Shown: positions 28,348 through 37,610, counted from the first letter of the stretch. The stretch: DNA of 64,000 nt from Candidatus Spyradenecus sp. (GCA_045613865.1 JAZLBT010000017.1:19152-83151), one strand, 5' to 3'. Notes: generated from the sequence alone by a model not told the origin. Numbers and translations: made by a program.

Positions 28348-29271
28348 TTATCGCCTCGGGAAGCAACGTTTAAATTCGTTGCGAAGATGTTGATCGGAGA
28401 GGTGGGTATAGATTTCCGTCACGCCAACATTCGCGTGCCCAAGAAGTTCGCTAATGTCAATGAGCGGAGCTCCATGGTTGAGGAGGTGTGTTGCAAAGGC
28501 ATGGCGAAGGGTATGTGGTGTTGCATGGGAACCCTCGGGAAGGAAGGCTCTCACGCGTTGACGCAGGAGGGTCGAAAGATGACCGCGATTGAGTTTCTTG
28601 CCACGAACGGAAAGAAAGACGGGCGCATCAAGCGAGAGAAGGTCTGCTGCGCACTCCCCACGTTTGAACTTCTCGGCAAAGGTGTGACGCCATTCAAGAT
28701 AGCGTTGAAGGGCTTTTGCTGCGGGTGGGCCGAAGGGTACAATGCGTTCTTTATTTCCTTTCCCTTGAATGCGGAGCGTGTTGGATTGTTTTTGGATATC
28801 GTGTAGACGAAGATTGATTAACTCTCCGCAACGTAATCCGCATCCATAGAGGACTTCTAGAATTGCACGATCTCGAAGGTCGAGAGGCGTGTCCCCATCA
28901 ACGGCCTCAATGCAAGCAATGAGTTGCTTTTCCTCTAATGTAAAGGGGAGTCGTCGCGGTTGACGCGTGCGAACAAAGGCATCTGTCGGATTGAACGGAA
29001 TGAGCTGCTCATCGAGTAACCATGTGAAGAGCCCACGAATGGACGCCATGTTTCGCGTGAGGGAGGCTTCGGCAAATCCACGCTCATGTAGAAGGTGAAT
29101 ATAGCGGATGAGATGGTCGCGCGTCACACTTTGCCACGTGATAATCTTTTCCTTTTTGAGATACGCGATGAGTTGCAAAAGGTCGTTTTCATATGCATCA
29201 CGGGTTGCTTCTGCAATCCCGCGTGCATATTGAAGATTATCGAGGTAGTGGTGAAGGGTCGCGTTCATCAA
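28348..29271 (-). CDS. xerD: Site-specific tyrosine recombinase XerD/XerC-like
   Basis: 307 aa. Arg-His-Arg-Tyr catalytic residues (HTLRHAFATHLL, LLGHANVGVTEIYTHL) and an Xer-type N-terminal domain. Confidence 0.85.
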   Translation of the reverse strand: MMNATLHHYLDNLQYARGIAEATRDAYENDLLQLIAYLKKEKIITWQSVTRDHLIRYIHLLHERGFAEASLTRNMASIRGLFTWLLDEQLIPFNPTDAFVRTRQPRRLPFTLEEKQLIACIEAVDGDTPLDLRDRAILEVLYGCGLRCGELINLRLHDIQKQSNTLRIQGKGNKERIVPFGPPAAKALQRYLEWRHTFAEKFKRGECAADLLSLDAPVFLSVRGKKLNRGHLSTLLRQRVRAFLPEGSHATPHTLRHAFATHLLNHGAPLIDISELLGHANVGVTEIYTHLSDQHLRNEFKRCFPRR

Positions 29272-29278
29272 TCGCTAC

Positions 29279-30283
29279 TTAATGAAAGAACTCGTTGTAA
29301 CGCGATGCCCAATAGGAGATAATTAAATCTGCGCCAGAGCGTGCGATTGCAGAGATACTTTCGTGGACGAGATCGGGGAGTTTGCCCCATCCTTGTTGTG
29401 CGGTTGCAATGAGCATTGAATATTCACCACTGACGTTGTAAGCTGCAACGGGGAGGGTGGTGTTGTCGCGAACGGTGCGAATCATGTCAAGATAGAAGAG
29501 TGCCGGCTTTACCATTAAGATATCTGCGCCTTCGTGTTCGTCAACAATTGATTCGAGGAGTGCATTGCGCGGGTTGCCATAGGAGGCTTGGTAGCCTTTA
29601 CGGTCTTTGGGCGCATTAGGAATAACAATGGTTGGCGCGCTATTCTCCGCATCACGGAAGGGCTCATAGCATGCCGAGGCAAACTTTGTTGAGTATGCCA
29701 TAATCATCGTATCGTCAAAGTTATTGGCCGCAAGGGCGGTACGCATGGTTTCGATTTGACCATCCATCATTGCCGAAGGTGCAACAATATCTGCCCCTGC
29801 ATTTGCATGGGAGAGCGCGACACGCGAAAGACACTCACAACCAGCATCATTATCAATCTTGCCATCCATACGCAACGGTGCACAATGACCATGATTAGTA
29901 TAGGCGCACAAACATACATCCGTGATGACAACAAGCTGAGGGAAGTTTCGTTTAATTGCGCGAATAGCGATTTGAACGGGCGCATAGTCATTCCATGCGC
30001 CAGAGCCATCATTATCTTTTTCGTACTGACTTTGCCCAAAGAGCATAACGGAGCCAATCCCCTGAGGAATGATAACCTTTTCGATTTCACGCAAGAGCAT
30101 ATCCGGCGAGAAACGATATTGTCCAGGCATGGAGGGGATCTCTTGTTTGATGCCCTTGCCTTGAACAACAAAGGTCGGCCAACACCATTTAGAGGGGCGC
30201 GGAATATCAAGGTCAAACATCGCACGTAAGCTTGGTGTACGACGCGAACGGCTTAAACGAAGATAAGGAAATGAATTCGCCAT
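29279..30283 (-). CDS. hemB: Porphobilinogen synthase (delta-aminolevulinic acid dehydratase)
   Basis: 334 aa. Active-site lysine blocks SAMMDGQIETMR and MVKPALFYLDMIR. Confidence 0.9.
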   Translation of the reverse strand: MANSFPYLRLSRSRRTPSLRAMFDLDIPRPSKWCWPTFVVQGKGIKQEIPSMPGQYRFSPDMLLREIEKVIIPQGIGSVMLFGQSQYEKDNDGSGAWNDYAPVQIAIRAIKRNFPQLVVITDVCLCAYTNHGHCAPLRMDGKIDNDAGCECLSRVALSHANAGADIVAPSAMMDGQIETMRTALAANNFDDTMIMAYSTKFASACYEPFRDAENSAPTIVIPNAPKDRKGYQASYGNPRNALLESIVDEHEGADILMVKPALFYLDMIRTVRDNTTLPVAAYNVSGEYSMLIATAQQGWGKLPDLVHESISAIARSGADLIISYWASRYNEFFH

Positions 30284-30284
30284 A

Positions 30285-30509
30285 TTATTTTTCTAATTGG
30301 AGGGGGTTAAGGAGATCGGCAACTGTTGCAAAATTTGCACACGTTGTATTGGGGAGTGTAATATTAAAGTGGAAACGGAGAAATGCCAAATAAGCAAGAA
30401 GAGCCATGGAATCCCATGTTGCATTTGCGAGCAGCATATCGGGTGTAATTGTCTCGTGGGGGACATTGATGATATCTGCAATTTCGTGAAGGGCATCTTC
30501 TTGCGTCAT
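30285..30509 (-). CDS. Acyl carrier protein-like (ACP 1)
   Basis: 74 aa. Phosphopantetheine-attachment-like site WDSMALLAYLAFLRF in a four-helix ACP-sized protein. Its stop abuts the hemB start. Confidence 0.65.
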   Translation of the reverse strand: MTQEDALHEIADIINVPHETITPDMLLANATWDSMALLAYLAFLRFHFNITLPNTTCANFATVADLLNPLQLEK

Positions 30510-30524
30510 AGGGTGTTTCTTTCG

Positions 30525-31496
30525 TTATTCAATTGTAAACGTCGGGAGGACGTTATCAAAATCAAGTTGTAAATGCGCTGCGAGTGTTGTTAGACCAACT
30601 CCAAAGGCTGCGAGCACGACCGTTTTTGCGCCAACATAACCTTCCGCAGCAAGATCGCACATTAAGAGTGGTAAACTTGCGACCGAAGTGTTGCCACGCT
30701 GTTTCATACGGCAAGGAACAACTGCAGGGTCAAGGCGACACATCCGTGCAATTTGCTGCAAGATAAAGGCATTGGCTTGGTGAAGCAAATAAAGGTCAGG
30801 TTGTGCAAGCGAGGCATCGGCTAAAAGCGTTTGGATTTGCTGAGGCACCGCAGAAATGGAGAAGTTGAAAACCTCCGTTCCTTGCATTTGGAAATAGCCG
30901 TCATGTGGGATTGAAATCGCTTGAGAAGGAATACTTGCACTTTCAAAAACCCACGGTGTTGCGGTTGGGTCGCGACCGACAATGGCTGCGAAACCTGCAT
31001 CGCCAAAGAGCATTGCTGCTGTGGCATCATCAGGATCAACGCAACGCGAGAGGGTGTCACCACCCATTATCAGAACATTTCGTACCGCAGGGTTCTGAAG
31101 GAAATGTGCAGCGGTTAAAAGACCCGAGAGAAACCCTGCGCATCCTTGATTAATATCGAGAGCAAAAAGGTGCTGACCTAAGGCGAGAGCCTCTTGCAAA
31201 CGACATGCAGTAGGTGGCGCAACGCAATCGGGTGTTTGGGTGATGAAAAGAAGAACATCAATTTCATCCCTTGCAATAGCGGTTTTCTCAAAGAGCGTTT
31301 GCGCGGCAGCAAGTGCGAGATCAGAGGTTTTTTGTTCAGGACGAGCAATATGAATTTCGTGAACACCAACAACCTGTTTAAAGCGTTCAACTTTTGCTTC
31401 ACCGAAGCGCTCTACAAATGAATCAACGGCACATGTTTGTTTGGGTAATGCCGTTGCAATTCCTCGGAGTTTGCAGGATTGAAAAACTTCACGCAT
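30525..31496 (-). CDS. 3-oxoacyl-ACP synthase III (FabH-like KAS III)
   Basis: Cys (NQGCAGF), His (HQANAFI) and Asn (GNTSVASLP) triad. ATG at 31496 overlaps the upstream ACP stop as ATGcgTGA. The ORF track begins 5 codons earlier at a TTG. Confidence 0.85.
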   Translation of the reverse strand: MREVFQSCKLRGIATALPKQTCAVDSFVERFGEAKVERFKQVVGVHEIHIARPEQKTSDLALAAAQTLFEKTAIARDEIDVLLFITQTPDCVAPPTACRLQEALALGQHLFALDINQGCAGFLSGLLTAAHFLQNPAVRNVLIMGGDTLSRCVDPDDATAAMLFGDAGFAAIVGRDPTATPWVFESASIPSQAISIPHDGYFQMQGTEVFNFSISAVPQQIQTLLADASLAQPDLYLLHQANAFILQQIARMCRLDPAVVPCRMKQRGNTSVASLPLLMCDLAAEGYVGAKTVVLAAFGVGLTTLAAHLQLDFDNVLPTFTIE

Positions 31497-31722
31497 GTTG
31501 ACGCTCCTCAATCACAGCGATTAATGCGGGAATTGTGGTGATGGCAAAGAGTTCGGTCGCGCGAAAGCGAATCTGAAAACGTTTTTCAATTTCCATCATC
31601 AATGAGAGATGTGCAACCGAATCCCATCCCGGAAGCTCGGCAATGGTTGCACATTCGAATCCTGCCGGCATTGGTTGCCGAAGGACGTCACAAAAACAGA
31701 GAGCGAGCTGTTGCGAAATCAT
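31489..31722 (-). CDS. Acyl carrier protein (ACP 2)
   Basis: About 77 aa from MISQQ. GWDSVAHLSLMMEIEKRF phosphopantetheine site. Start overlaps the FkbH-like stop (ATGA). Confidence 0.7.
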   Translation of the reverse strand: MISQQLALCFCDVLRQPMPAGFECATIAELPGWDSVAHLSLMMEIEKRFQIRFRATELFAITTIPALIAVIEERQHA

Positions 31723-33191
31723 GGCAAAGGAACTCCATTCTCTTGGTAGAGATTTGCACAAAGCGTGTTACGCTCTGTCGGCTGGTAACGACCGCAAAGT
31801 TCAGGTATCATTGATTTGAGATGGGAGAGAATACGCTGTTCAATTCCGCGACCAAAGGCACGACAGCTCATCACCCAAGAGACAATTTCATTTTGCTCAA
31901 GAATGACCACACTAATGAGCCCCATATCGCCATATCTATCCTTGAGTCGATAGACCCAACCCTTCCGATTTAGAAGTTCCTCAGCCGTGTGACGCGTATT
32001 ACACATGTTGAAGCGATTGCAACGTTGAGAGAGCTGGGCGGCACGTTCGACATTTTGAGCCGACAATGGTTCGGGCGTGAGTTGCTGTTCAAGACTTGCA
32101 AGATAGTCTTCTTGCGAAAGCGTCTCTGCTAGAGCGAGACGTTGTTGGTTGGATTTAATCGACTGTGCGCGAAGCGCATCATCTTCGGTAATCGCAAGCG
32201 TTTCAAAGCCCGTTAATGACGAAAGCACATCCATCCAACAAGTGCTATCCTCGGGCAGTTCAGGCACAAGCACATCAGGACATTGTGCACGAACTTCATT
32301 GCGGTTTTCAATGCGATCATCGATGAACACAAGACTGCTTGTATGAACACCTAGCTGTTCTGCAATTCGCTTCAGCATTTCAGATTTAGGCACATCCCAT
32401 GCGACTTGAACAGCCGCAAAATCCTCGAGCGAAAAATCAAGATCATCGCGTGCGAAGGCTTCTTGTACAGTTGCGATTTCATTTCGCGATGCAATGGCAA
32501 GTAGAATTCCGCGTTGTGCAAGCGTCTTTAGCCATGCACGATATGCGCATCGAGAGGAATCTTCGGGATGAATCCCCTGAGCGCCGACATCACTCACAAT
32601 TCCTGACCAAAAGGTGTCATCAAGGTCTGTCACAAGCACCTTACGAACTTCACCACGCATAACGCGAAGTGTTGCGAGGATACGCTCTGCAAGAAGTTCT
32701 GTAGCGGTTGGGGTTAACGCAACTGCGGCCATGTGCCATAAGCGTGCATCAAAACATTGGCGATGCCCAAGGTCCGACACGAGACGTTCAAGATCGATGA
32801 GATGAAGATTATGTTGCGTTTGTGCGCGTTCGAGCAAGTCATGATTCCATTGTGCAAGACGTGCGCGTAAACTTGATGGTGCGAGGAGTGCATAGTTTCC
32901 GAAGGCGCCTTCATCAAGGATGGGTAAATTGCAAATGAGCCAATGATAGGGAAGTGCTAGCAAAGGCTCAATCGAAGGGAGCTGATGCGTTCGCGCTTGT
33001 TCCGAACAAAGCCAATAGCAAACCGCCTCTGGTTGAAAGGTCGCAAGTTCATCTTGAACGGCAAGAGGTGACGTGAAGCCCCATACCTTCAATTCAATTG
33101 CAAACCCTTGCGCTTGTGCGAGGGAGAGCAATGCGCGTTCTAAGAATTGCGGTGCACTATCAGTAAAGAGCGCGAGACGAAAAGGCTTCAT
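31719..33191 (-). CDS. FkbH-like protein (HAD-superfamily subfamily IIIC phosphatase-like domain)
   Basis: 490 aa. HAD motif I VLVTDLDDTFWSGIV (DxDxT) embedded in an FkbH-type two-domain architecture. ATGA overlap with the upstream GT gene. Confidence 0.7.
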   Translation of the reverse strand: MKPFRLALFTDSAPQFLERALLSLAQAQGFAIELKVWGFTSPLAVQDELATFQPEAVCYWLCSEQARTHQLPSIEPLLALPYHWLICNLPILDEGAFGNYALLAPSSLRARLAQWNHDLLERAQTQHNLHLIDLERLVSDLGHRQCFDARLWHMAAVALTPTATELLAERILATLRVMRGEVRKVLVTDLDDTFWSGIVSDVGAQGIHPEDSSRCAYRAWLKTLAQRGILLAIASRNEIATVQEAFARDDLDFSLEDFAAVQVAWDVPKSEMLKRIAEQLGVHTSSLVFIDDRIENRNEVRAQCPDVLVPELPEDSTCWMDVLSSLTGFETLAITEDDALRAQSIKSNQQRLALAETLSQEDYLASLEQQLTPEPLSAQNVERAAQLSQRCNRFNMCNTRHTAEELLNRKGWVYRLKDRYGDMGLISVVILEQNEIVSWVMSCRAFGRGIEQRILSHLKSMIPELCGRYQPTERNTLCANLYQENGVPLP

Positions 33192-34339
33192 GCGTCATTC
33201 TCTCCAATCGCGAGTGCATAGCATCGACGCACTTCTTCAATTTGTGCGTTGAGGTTGTGTTCCTTTGTGATGGTCTCATACGCAGCTTGCGCATGGCTAT
33301 AACAAAGGTTGGTATCCACAATGTGTTGAAGAATCGCCTCTGCAATGGTTTGCGCGTCTGAGGCAACCATCATTGCGTTGTCGTGGTTAAGCAACGTTTG
33401 ATAAGCGGGGCAACGGATTGCAAGAACTGCACGTCGAGCAGCCATTACATCAATGAGTTTCGCAGGTGCAATAGGTCCAGAGATTGCCGGCATAAAAACT
33501 AAATGCGTACTATCAAGGATATCTAACAAGGCATTTGAATTTGAGAGTGCCGGTCGCACCGCAACGCGACTCATAAGTTCGCCAAGACGTTCTTTCAAAC
33601 GTATACGGAAACGTTCGGTTTCTCGCGGAGTAGAACCGATGATTTCAACGTGAAGTGGCGCATGCGCTAAAAGCGTGGGAAGTGTTTCGCAAAAGGTGTT
33701 AAGATCACCCAAATCAGTTGTCATTCCGATTGCAACAAGGCGGAAGGGACTTCGTGGTGTTCGAGAGGTGAGGCTTTGCAACGAGAGCATTTTGATTGCT
33801 GGCGATGGTAACACTTGAAGAACCGCAATGCGGCCATTCACCTCAATTTGACGCAAACGCGAAAGCGGGTAGGGGATGTCCGAGAAGATCATGTTGACCG
33901 ACCGACGGAAACACCGAGCACGCTTAGAAAGCCATCGCATAAGATCGCGTCCAGAGTACGTGGTGTGCCATTCAAAAATGAAAGGCTTACGAGAGAGCCA
34001 CGTCAAAATGCCACAACAACGAATCGCACGATCCGAACAGTGAATCGCGTCATAATGTTCGCGAAACGACAATCGCAAGGCCGCTAAGAAGATAACAATC
34101 GATGCCCAAATACGCCGGATTCCACGCCCATACAATGGCAATGATCGCACGCAAGGAACGCGTGCCGCAAGAAAACGATTACGGACAAGTCCCTCTGGCC
34201 ACGGATCGCCACCAGGCAAAGAAAGCACATCCACCTCATGCCCTGCACCTTTTAAGAGATACAACATCTGTACGGCGCGGCGCGCATGTTCGCTGCCGGC
34301 ACGATGGGGTTGAGCATAGAGATAGAGAATCTTAGCCAT
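33188..34339 (-). CDS. Glycosyltransferase, GT4-like (GT-B fold)
   Basis: 383 aa. N-terminal KILYLY...GAGHEVDV GT4-type Rossmann and a C-terminal GT1/4 domain. Confidence 0.6.
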   Translation of the reverse strand: MAKILYLYAQPHRAGSEHARRAVQMLYLLKGAGHEVDVLSLPGGDPWPEGLVRNRFLAARVPCVRSLPLYGRGIRRIWASIVIFLAALRLSFREHYDAIHCSDRAIRCCGILTWLSRKPFIFEWHTTYSGRDLMRWLSKRARCFRRSVNMIFSDIPYPLSRLRQIEVNGRIAVLQVLPSPAIKMLSLQSLTSRTPRSPFRLVAIGMTTDLGDLNTFCETLPTLLAHAPLHVEIIGSTPRETERFRIRLKERLGELMSRVAVRPALSNSNALLDILDSTHLVFMPAISGPIAPAKLIDVMAARRAVLAIRCPAYQTLLNHDNAMMVASDAQTIAEAILQHIVDTNLCYSHAQAAYETITKEHNLNAQIEEVRRCYALAIGENDA

Positions 34340-34350
34340 ACTGAAAATGC

Positions 34351-35250
34351 TTAAAGTAACTTAACCTGTGCGCCTTGACGATGCGGGTGCATCTTGCGAA
34401 TCGTCCATTCAACATTTAATCCCTTGGTAAACTGACGAATCTGTTTGCCAAAGGTGTCATCATCATCAATAACAACAGCAACAATCGTTGGGCCTGCGCC
34501 AGAAATATAGGTCGCAACAGCATCGGTTTGTTCAACACAAAAACGCATCACATCTTCACCTTGAGGAATCAGCTGCAAACGATATTCCTGGTGAATGCGA
34601 TCCTTACTTCCTGCGCGAATCAAACGCGCATCTGCACGTTCAAGACCTTCCAACAAAATCGGCACACGAGAAAGGTTGTAAACGCAATCCGTCAACGTAT
34701 ACGTCTTTGGCAATGCCGCACGCGCAGCTTCTGTTGGTACGCGCACATCTGGCATCATCGCGTAAAAACTGATGCGATCGCTAATAGGATAACGATGCCA
34801 ATAGACAAGACCATCTTCGACAATTGCAGCTACAAAGCCTCCGAGAATTGCTGGCGCAACGTTATCAGGGTGACCTTCAATTAAGGTTGTCGTGCGTAAG
34901 ATTTGTTCTGTATCCATCGACAAATTGCCAATCACATTTGCCGCCATTACCCCAGCAACAATACATGTCGAACTTGATCCTAAGCCAGAACAAACCGGTA
35001 AATCCGTATCAAACGTGATTTTTAAATTTGGCGTTGCATGCCCATGTTGCGCTAATACCTTGGTTAGCGTTGTGTAAAGTAAGTTATTCTCAGGTTCAGC
35101 AAATTCTGGCAAACACCCCTCAATGACAAGACGTTGAGAACAATCGGTGTCGAATGTAAAGCGATTATACATATCAAACGCAATGCCCATCACGTCAAAT
35201 CCGGGGCCTACGTTTGCACTTGTGGCAGGAATAGAAATCTTAAATCGCAT
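34351..35250 (-). CDS. thrB: Homoserine kinase (GHMP kinase)
   Basis: 299 aa. PATSANVGPGFD, GSGLGSSS and EGHPDNVAPAILGG signatures of ThrB. Confidence 0.85.
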   Translation of the reverse strand: MRFKISIPATSANVGPGFDVMGIAFDMYNRFTFDTDCSQRLVIEGCLPEFAEPENNLLYTTLTKVLAQHGHATPNLKITFDTDLPVCSGLGSSSTCIVAGVMAANVIGNLSMDTEQILRTTTLIEGHPDNVAPAILGGFVAAIVEDGLVYWHRYPISDRISFYAMMPDVRVPTEAARAALPKTYTLTDCVYNLSRVPILLEGLERADARLIRAGSKDRIHQEYRLQLIPQGEDVMRFCVEQTDAVATYISGAGPTIVAVVIDDDDTFGKQIRQFTKGLNVEWTIRKMHPHRQGAQVKLL

Positions 35251-35347
35251 AAAACCTTCCCAATAGTACTAATAATAAATATATATAAAGTAGTATAACA
35301 TAACTCTACTTTCTATACAATGAATTATTAGCCAAAGCGCGGGAAAT

Positions 35348-35722
35348 TTATGCTTTTGAGAGGATATAACCAAGTGTTGTTAGGAGAAGGCCGAGGAGGC
35401 CGCTTAAAATGAGATAGAAAAGGGCAAAGCCAATCTTGCCACTTTTAAGCGTTTCAAAAATTTCAAGCTGAAAGGTGGAAAATGTTGTGAGTCCGCCAAG
35501 AAATCCCACGGTTAAGAAGACGCGAAGAAGGTGTGGCAGTGCGTTCGCCTTGAGAAGTGTTAGTCCATAGAGATAACCCATTGCAAAACACCCGATGAGA
35601 TTAACGCAGAGAGTCCCCCAAAGTGCAAGGCCAAATGCGTTCTTACACAATTGAGAAATGGCAAAGCGTAAAACCGCACCAAGACCACCGCCAATAAAAA
35701 TTGCCAACCCTGTGGAAATCAT
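35348..35722 (-). CDS. crcB: Fluoride ion channel CrcB/FluC
   Basis: 124 aa. GGLGAVLRF and GFLGGLTTFSTF motifs, four transmembrane segments. GAGGAACG ribosome-binding site. Confidence 0.9.
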   Translation of the reverse strand: MISTGLAIFIGGGLGAVLRFAISQLCKNAFGLALWGTLCVNLIGCFAMGYLYGLTLLKANALPHLLRVFLTVGFLGGLTTFSTFQLEIFETLKSGKIGFALFYLILSGLLGLLLTTLGYILSKA

Positions 35723-35767
35723 ACCACACGTTCCTCATTACAAGCTAATGATTGTAAAATACTCGCG

Positions 35768-35803
35768 TATAAAAACAAAAAATCCCCGTTGTTCACGGAG
35801 ACC
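35768..35803 (-). terminator. Terminator hairpin downstream of tRNA-Ala
   Basis: TCTCCGTG / ACGGGGA stem with loop AACA. Followed by a U-run on the minus-strand transcript and T-rich sequence on the plus strand. Confidence 0.55.
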
Positions 35804-35824
35804 TTTTTTACATTTCCTTTTTTA

Positions 35825-35900
35825 TGGTGGAGGTAAGGAGAGTCGAACTCCTGACCTTTTGAATGCCATTCAAACGCTCTACCAACTGAGCTATACCCCC
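35825..35900 (-). tRNA. tRNA-Ala (anticodon GGC)
   Basis: Reverse complement GGGGGTATAGCTCAGTTGGTAGAGCGTTTGAATGGCATTCAAAAGGTCAGGAGTTCGACTCTCCTTACCTCCACCA. Cloverleaf folds, G3:U70 identity pair, anticodon loop ATGGCAT, encoded CCA. Confidence 0.9.
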
Positions 35901-36071
35901 GTAAAGGAATGCGAATAAGATATCATACCGCAAAATAAAATGCAAGTACTTTTTTAACCCAACCAATAAAATTCTCATTTTGAGCATAAATTATCGTTTA
36001 ATAATCCATTGCTTCCCTCTGCTAAGCACCCCATTAAAAACACCTAAAATCAAACGTAGGTTAAATGAAAT

Positions 36072-36203
36072 TCATTTAGGTACGGTTTGATTGTCATTTA
36101 GGTGCTGTTTGAACGTCATTTAGGTGCTGTTTGATTCTCGTTTAGGTGCTGTTTGAACGTCATTTAGGTGCTGTTTGATTCTCGTTTAGATGCTGTTTGA
36201 TAA
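36072..36203. repeat. 6 contiguous tandem copies of a 22-bp unit TC(A/G)TTTAGGTGCTGTTTGA(ACG/TTC)
   Basis: Read directly. Variants alternate between GAACG and GATTC ends. No spacers, so it is not a CRISPR array. An inverted half-site (CACCTAAA) sits just upstream at about 36047. Confidence 0.9.
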
Positions 36204-36315
36204 TTAATGTGCGTAGGTTTGAAAGTCGGTGGGTATGAACATTAGAATTAAGTGTATAGCAGTGGCATTTGGGTGGAATGTTTTAGAGGTGGTGGGATTT
36301 TGTGTGTGAAATGCT

Positions 36316-36344
36316 TTGACTTTAATTTTATCTTATGGTAATAT
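36316..36344 (+). promoter_or_regulatory. Sigma70-type promoter upstream of the oxidoreductase and giant-protein genes
   Basis: TTGACT, 17-nt spacer, TAATAT. Confidence 0.5.
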
Positions 36345-36416
36345 AAGTGTGAAAATTGTGTATTCGGCTTGTCGTGATGTGTCATTACGAAGCGAATACT
36401 CGAGAGAGAAGTCAAA

Positions 36417-37610
36417 ATGGCGAAAGAACAGCAAAAACTCAAAGTCGCGATGGTCGGTGGAGGACTTGACTCCTTCATGGGTAAGATTCATCGTGCCGCA
36501 ATCGAATCAAGCGGTTGTCTTGAGCTCGTGTGCGGAGCCTTCGGGTCGACACGTCAGCGTTCCTTCGACGCGGGGCGTGCAATTGGTCTTGATTTGAAGC
36601 GTGTTTACGGGGTTTACCGTGATATGTTTCGACGCGAATCAAAGATGCCTGCCGATGAACGCATTGACTTGATTACAATTATTGCGCCAAATAACATGCA
36701 CTATCCTGTGACAATGGCTGCATTTGACGCGAATTTACCTGTTTTCTCCGAAAAGCCAATGAGTTGCAATATGGATGAGGCGCAGAATCTTAAGCGTCGC
36801 ACATTGATGAGTCAGGAGTTTTATACAACGGCTTATTTGCATCCATTTTATCCAGCATTGGTGGCCTTGCGTGATTTTGTTTTGAATGCAGGTATTGGCA
36901 CGGTTCGTCGTGTTAATACGTGTTATTATCATGGTTGGATGGGCCCTCGTTTGGAAACAGCGGGGAATCGTTCAGCGATGTGGCGTGTGGATCCGCGGCG
37001 GTGCGGGTCGGGGGGCGCGATTTATGATTTGGCAGGTCCGTGCATGTTGCTCGCAGAGTGGGCATCGGGGCTTGCGGTAACGGCATTGTCTGCAGGTGGC
37101 CGTCCGGCAGTGGCGGGACGTGTTTTGGATGACGATGTGACGGTTCATTTGCGTTTTGATAATGGTGCGATGGGCTTTATCGCTGCAAGTCAGATTGCAA
37201 TTGGCGAAGCGGATGGCATGCAACTTTCAATCTATGGCGATAAGGGTGCTGTTCATTGGAAGCAGTCGACGGGTAATAAGTGGACGGTTGTTGATGTTGA
37301 TGGGCATCGCACGGAGAAGACTGTTAAGGGGGCACCCGTTCCAACGTTGGGTGAAAATCGTTTCGCAGAGCCGTATGGCGATGACGCAGCTTTCATTGCT
37401 GCGCTTGCTGAGGCATATAAAGATTTTGCGAATGTGATTTATGCAAATCGCGAAGGTAAAGCCTATGAGATGAAGTGTGTGGGCGTGGATGAAGCATTGC
37501 GTGTCGCAACGTTTAACGAACTCGCCTCTCGCAGTGTGAACCAGTCGGTGGAAATGTCGCCAACGAAGTGGCTCGCTTTTGATGTGCCAAAGGTCGAACT
37601 TCTTATTTGA
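36417..37610 (+). CDS. Gfo/Idh/MocA-family NAD(P)-dependent oxidoreductase
   Basis: 397 aa. N-terminal Rossmann KVAMVGGGLDSFMGKIHRAAI and a C-terminal GFO_IDH_MocA_C-like domain. Confidence 0.75.
   Translation: MAKEQQKLKVAMVGGGLDSFMGKIHRAAIESSGCLELVCGAFGSTRQRSFDAGRAIGLDLKRVYGVYRDMFRRESKMPADERIDLITIIAPNNMHYPVTMAAFDANLPVFSEKPMSCNMDEAQNLKRRTLMSQEFYTTAYLHPFYPALVALRDFVLNAGIGTVRRVNTCYYHGWMGPRLETAGNRSAMWRVDPRRCGSGGAIYDLAGPCMLLAEWASGLAVTALSAGGRPAVAGRVLDDDVTVHLRFDNGAMGFIAASQIAIGEADGMQLSIYGDKGAVHWKQSTGNKWTVVDVDGHRTEKTVKGAPVPTLGENRFAEPYGDDAAFIAALAEAYKDFANVIYANREGKAYEMKCVGVDEALRVATFNELASRSVNQSVEMSPTKWLAFDVPKVELLI

Noticed and set aside
28348-29271. Tyrosine recombinase as marker of an integrated mobile element
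   Set aside because: It has Xer-type domains and sits among housekeeping genes (PBP, hemB). There are no flanking phage or transposon genes and no attachment-site repeats.
35723-35824. Fluoride riboswitch upstream of crcB
   Set aside because: The roughly 100-nt leader lacks the conserved GGNGAUGG...AACCGCC core. Most of it is taken up by the tRNA-Ala terminator hairpin.
36072-36203. Possible CRISPR array
   Set aside because: The repeats are contiguous 22-bp units with no intervening spacers, and no cas genes are present. It is a tandem array, not a CRISPR locus.
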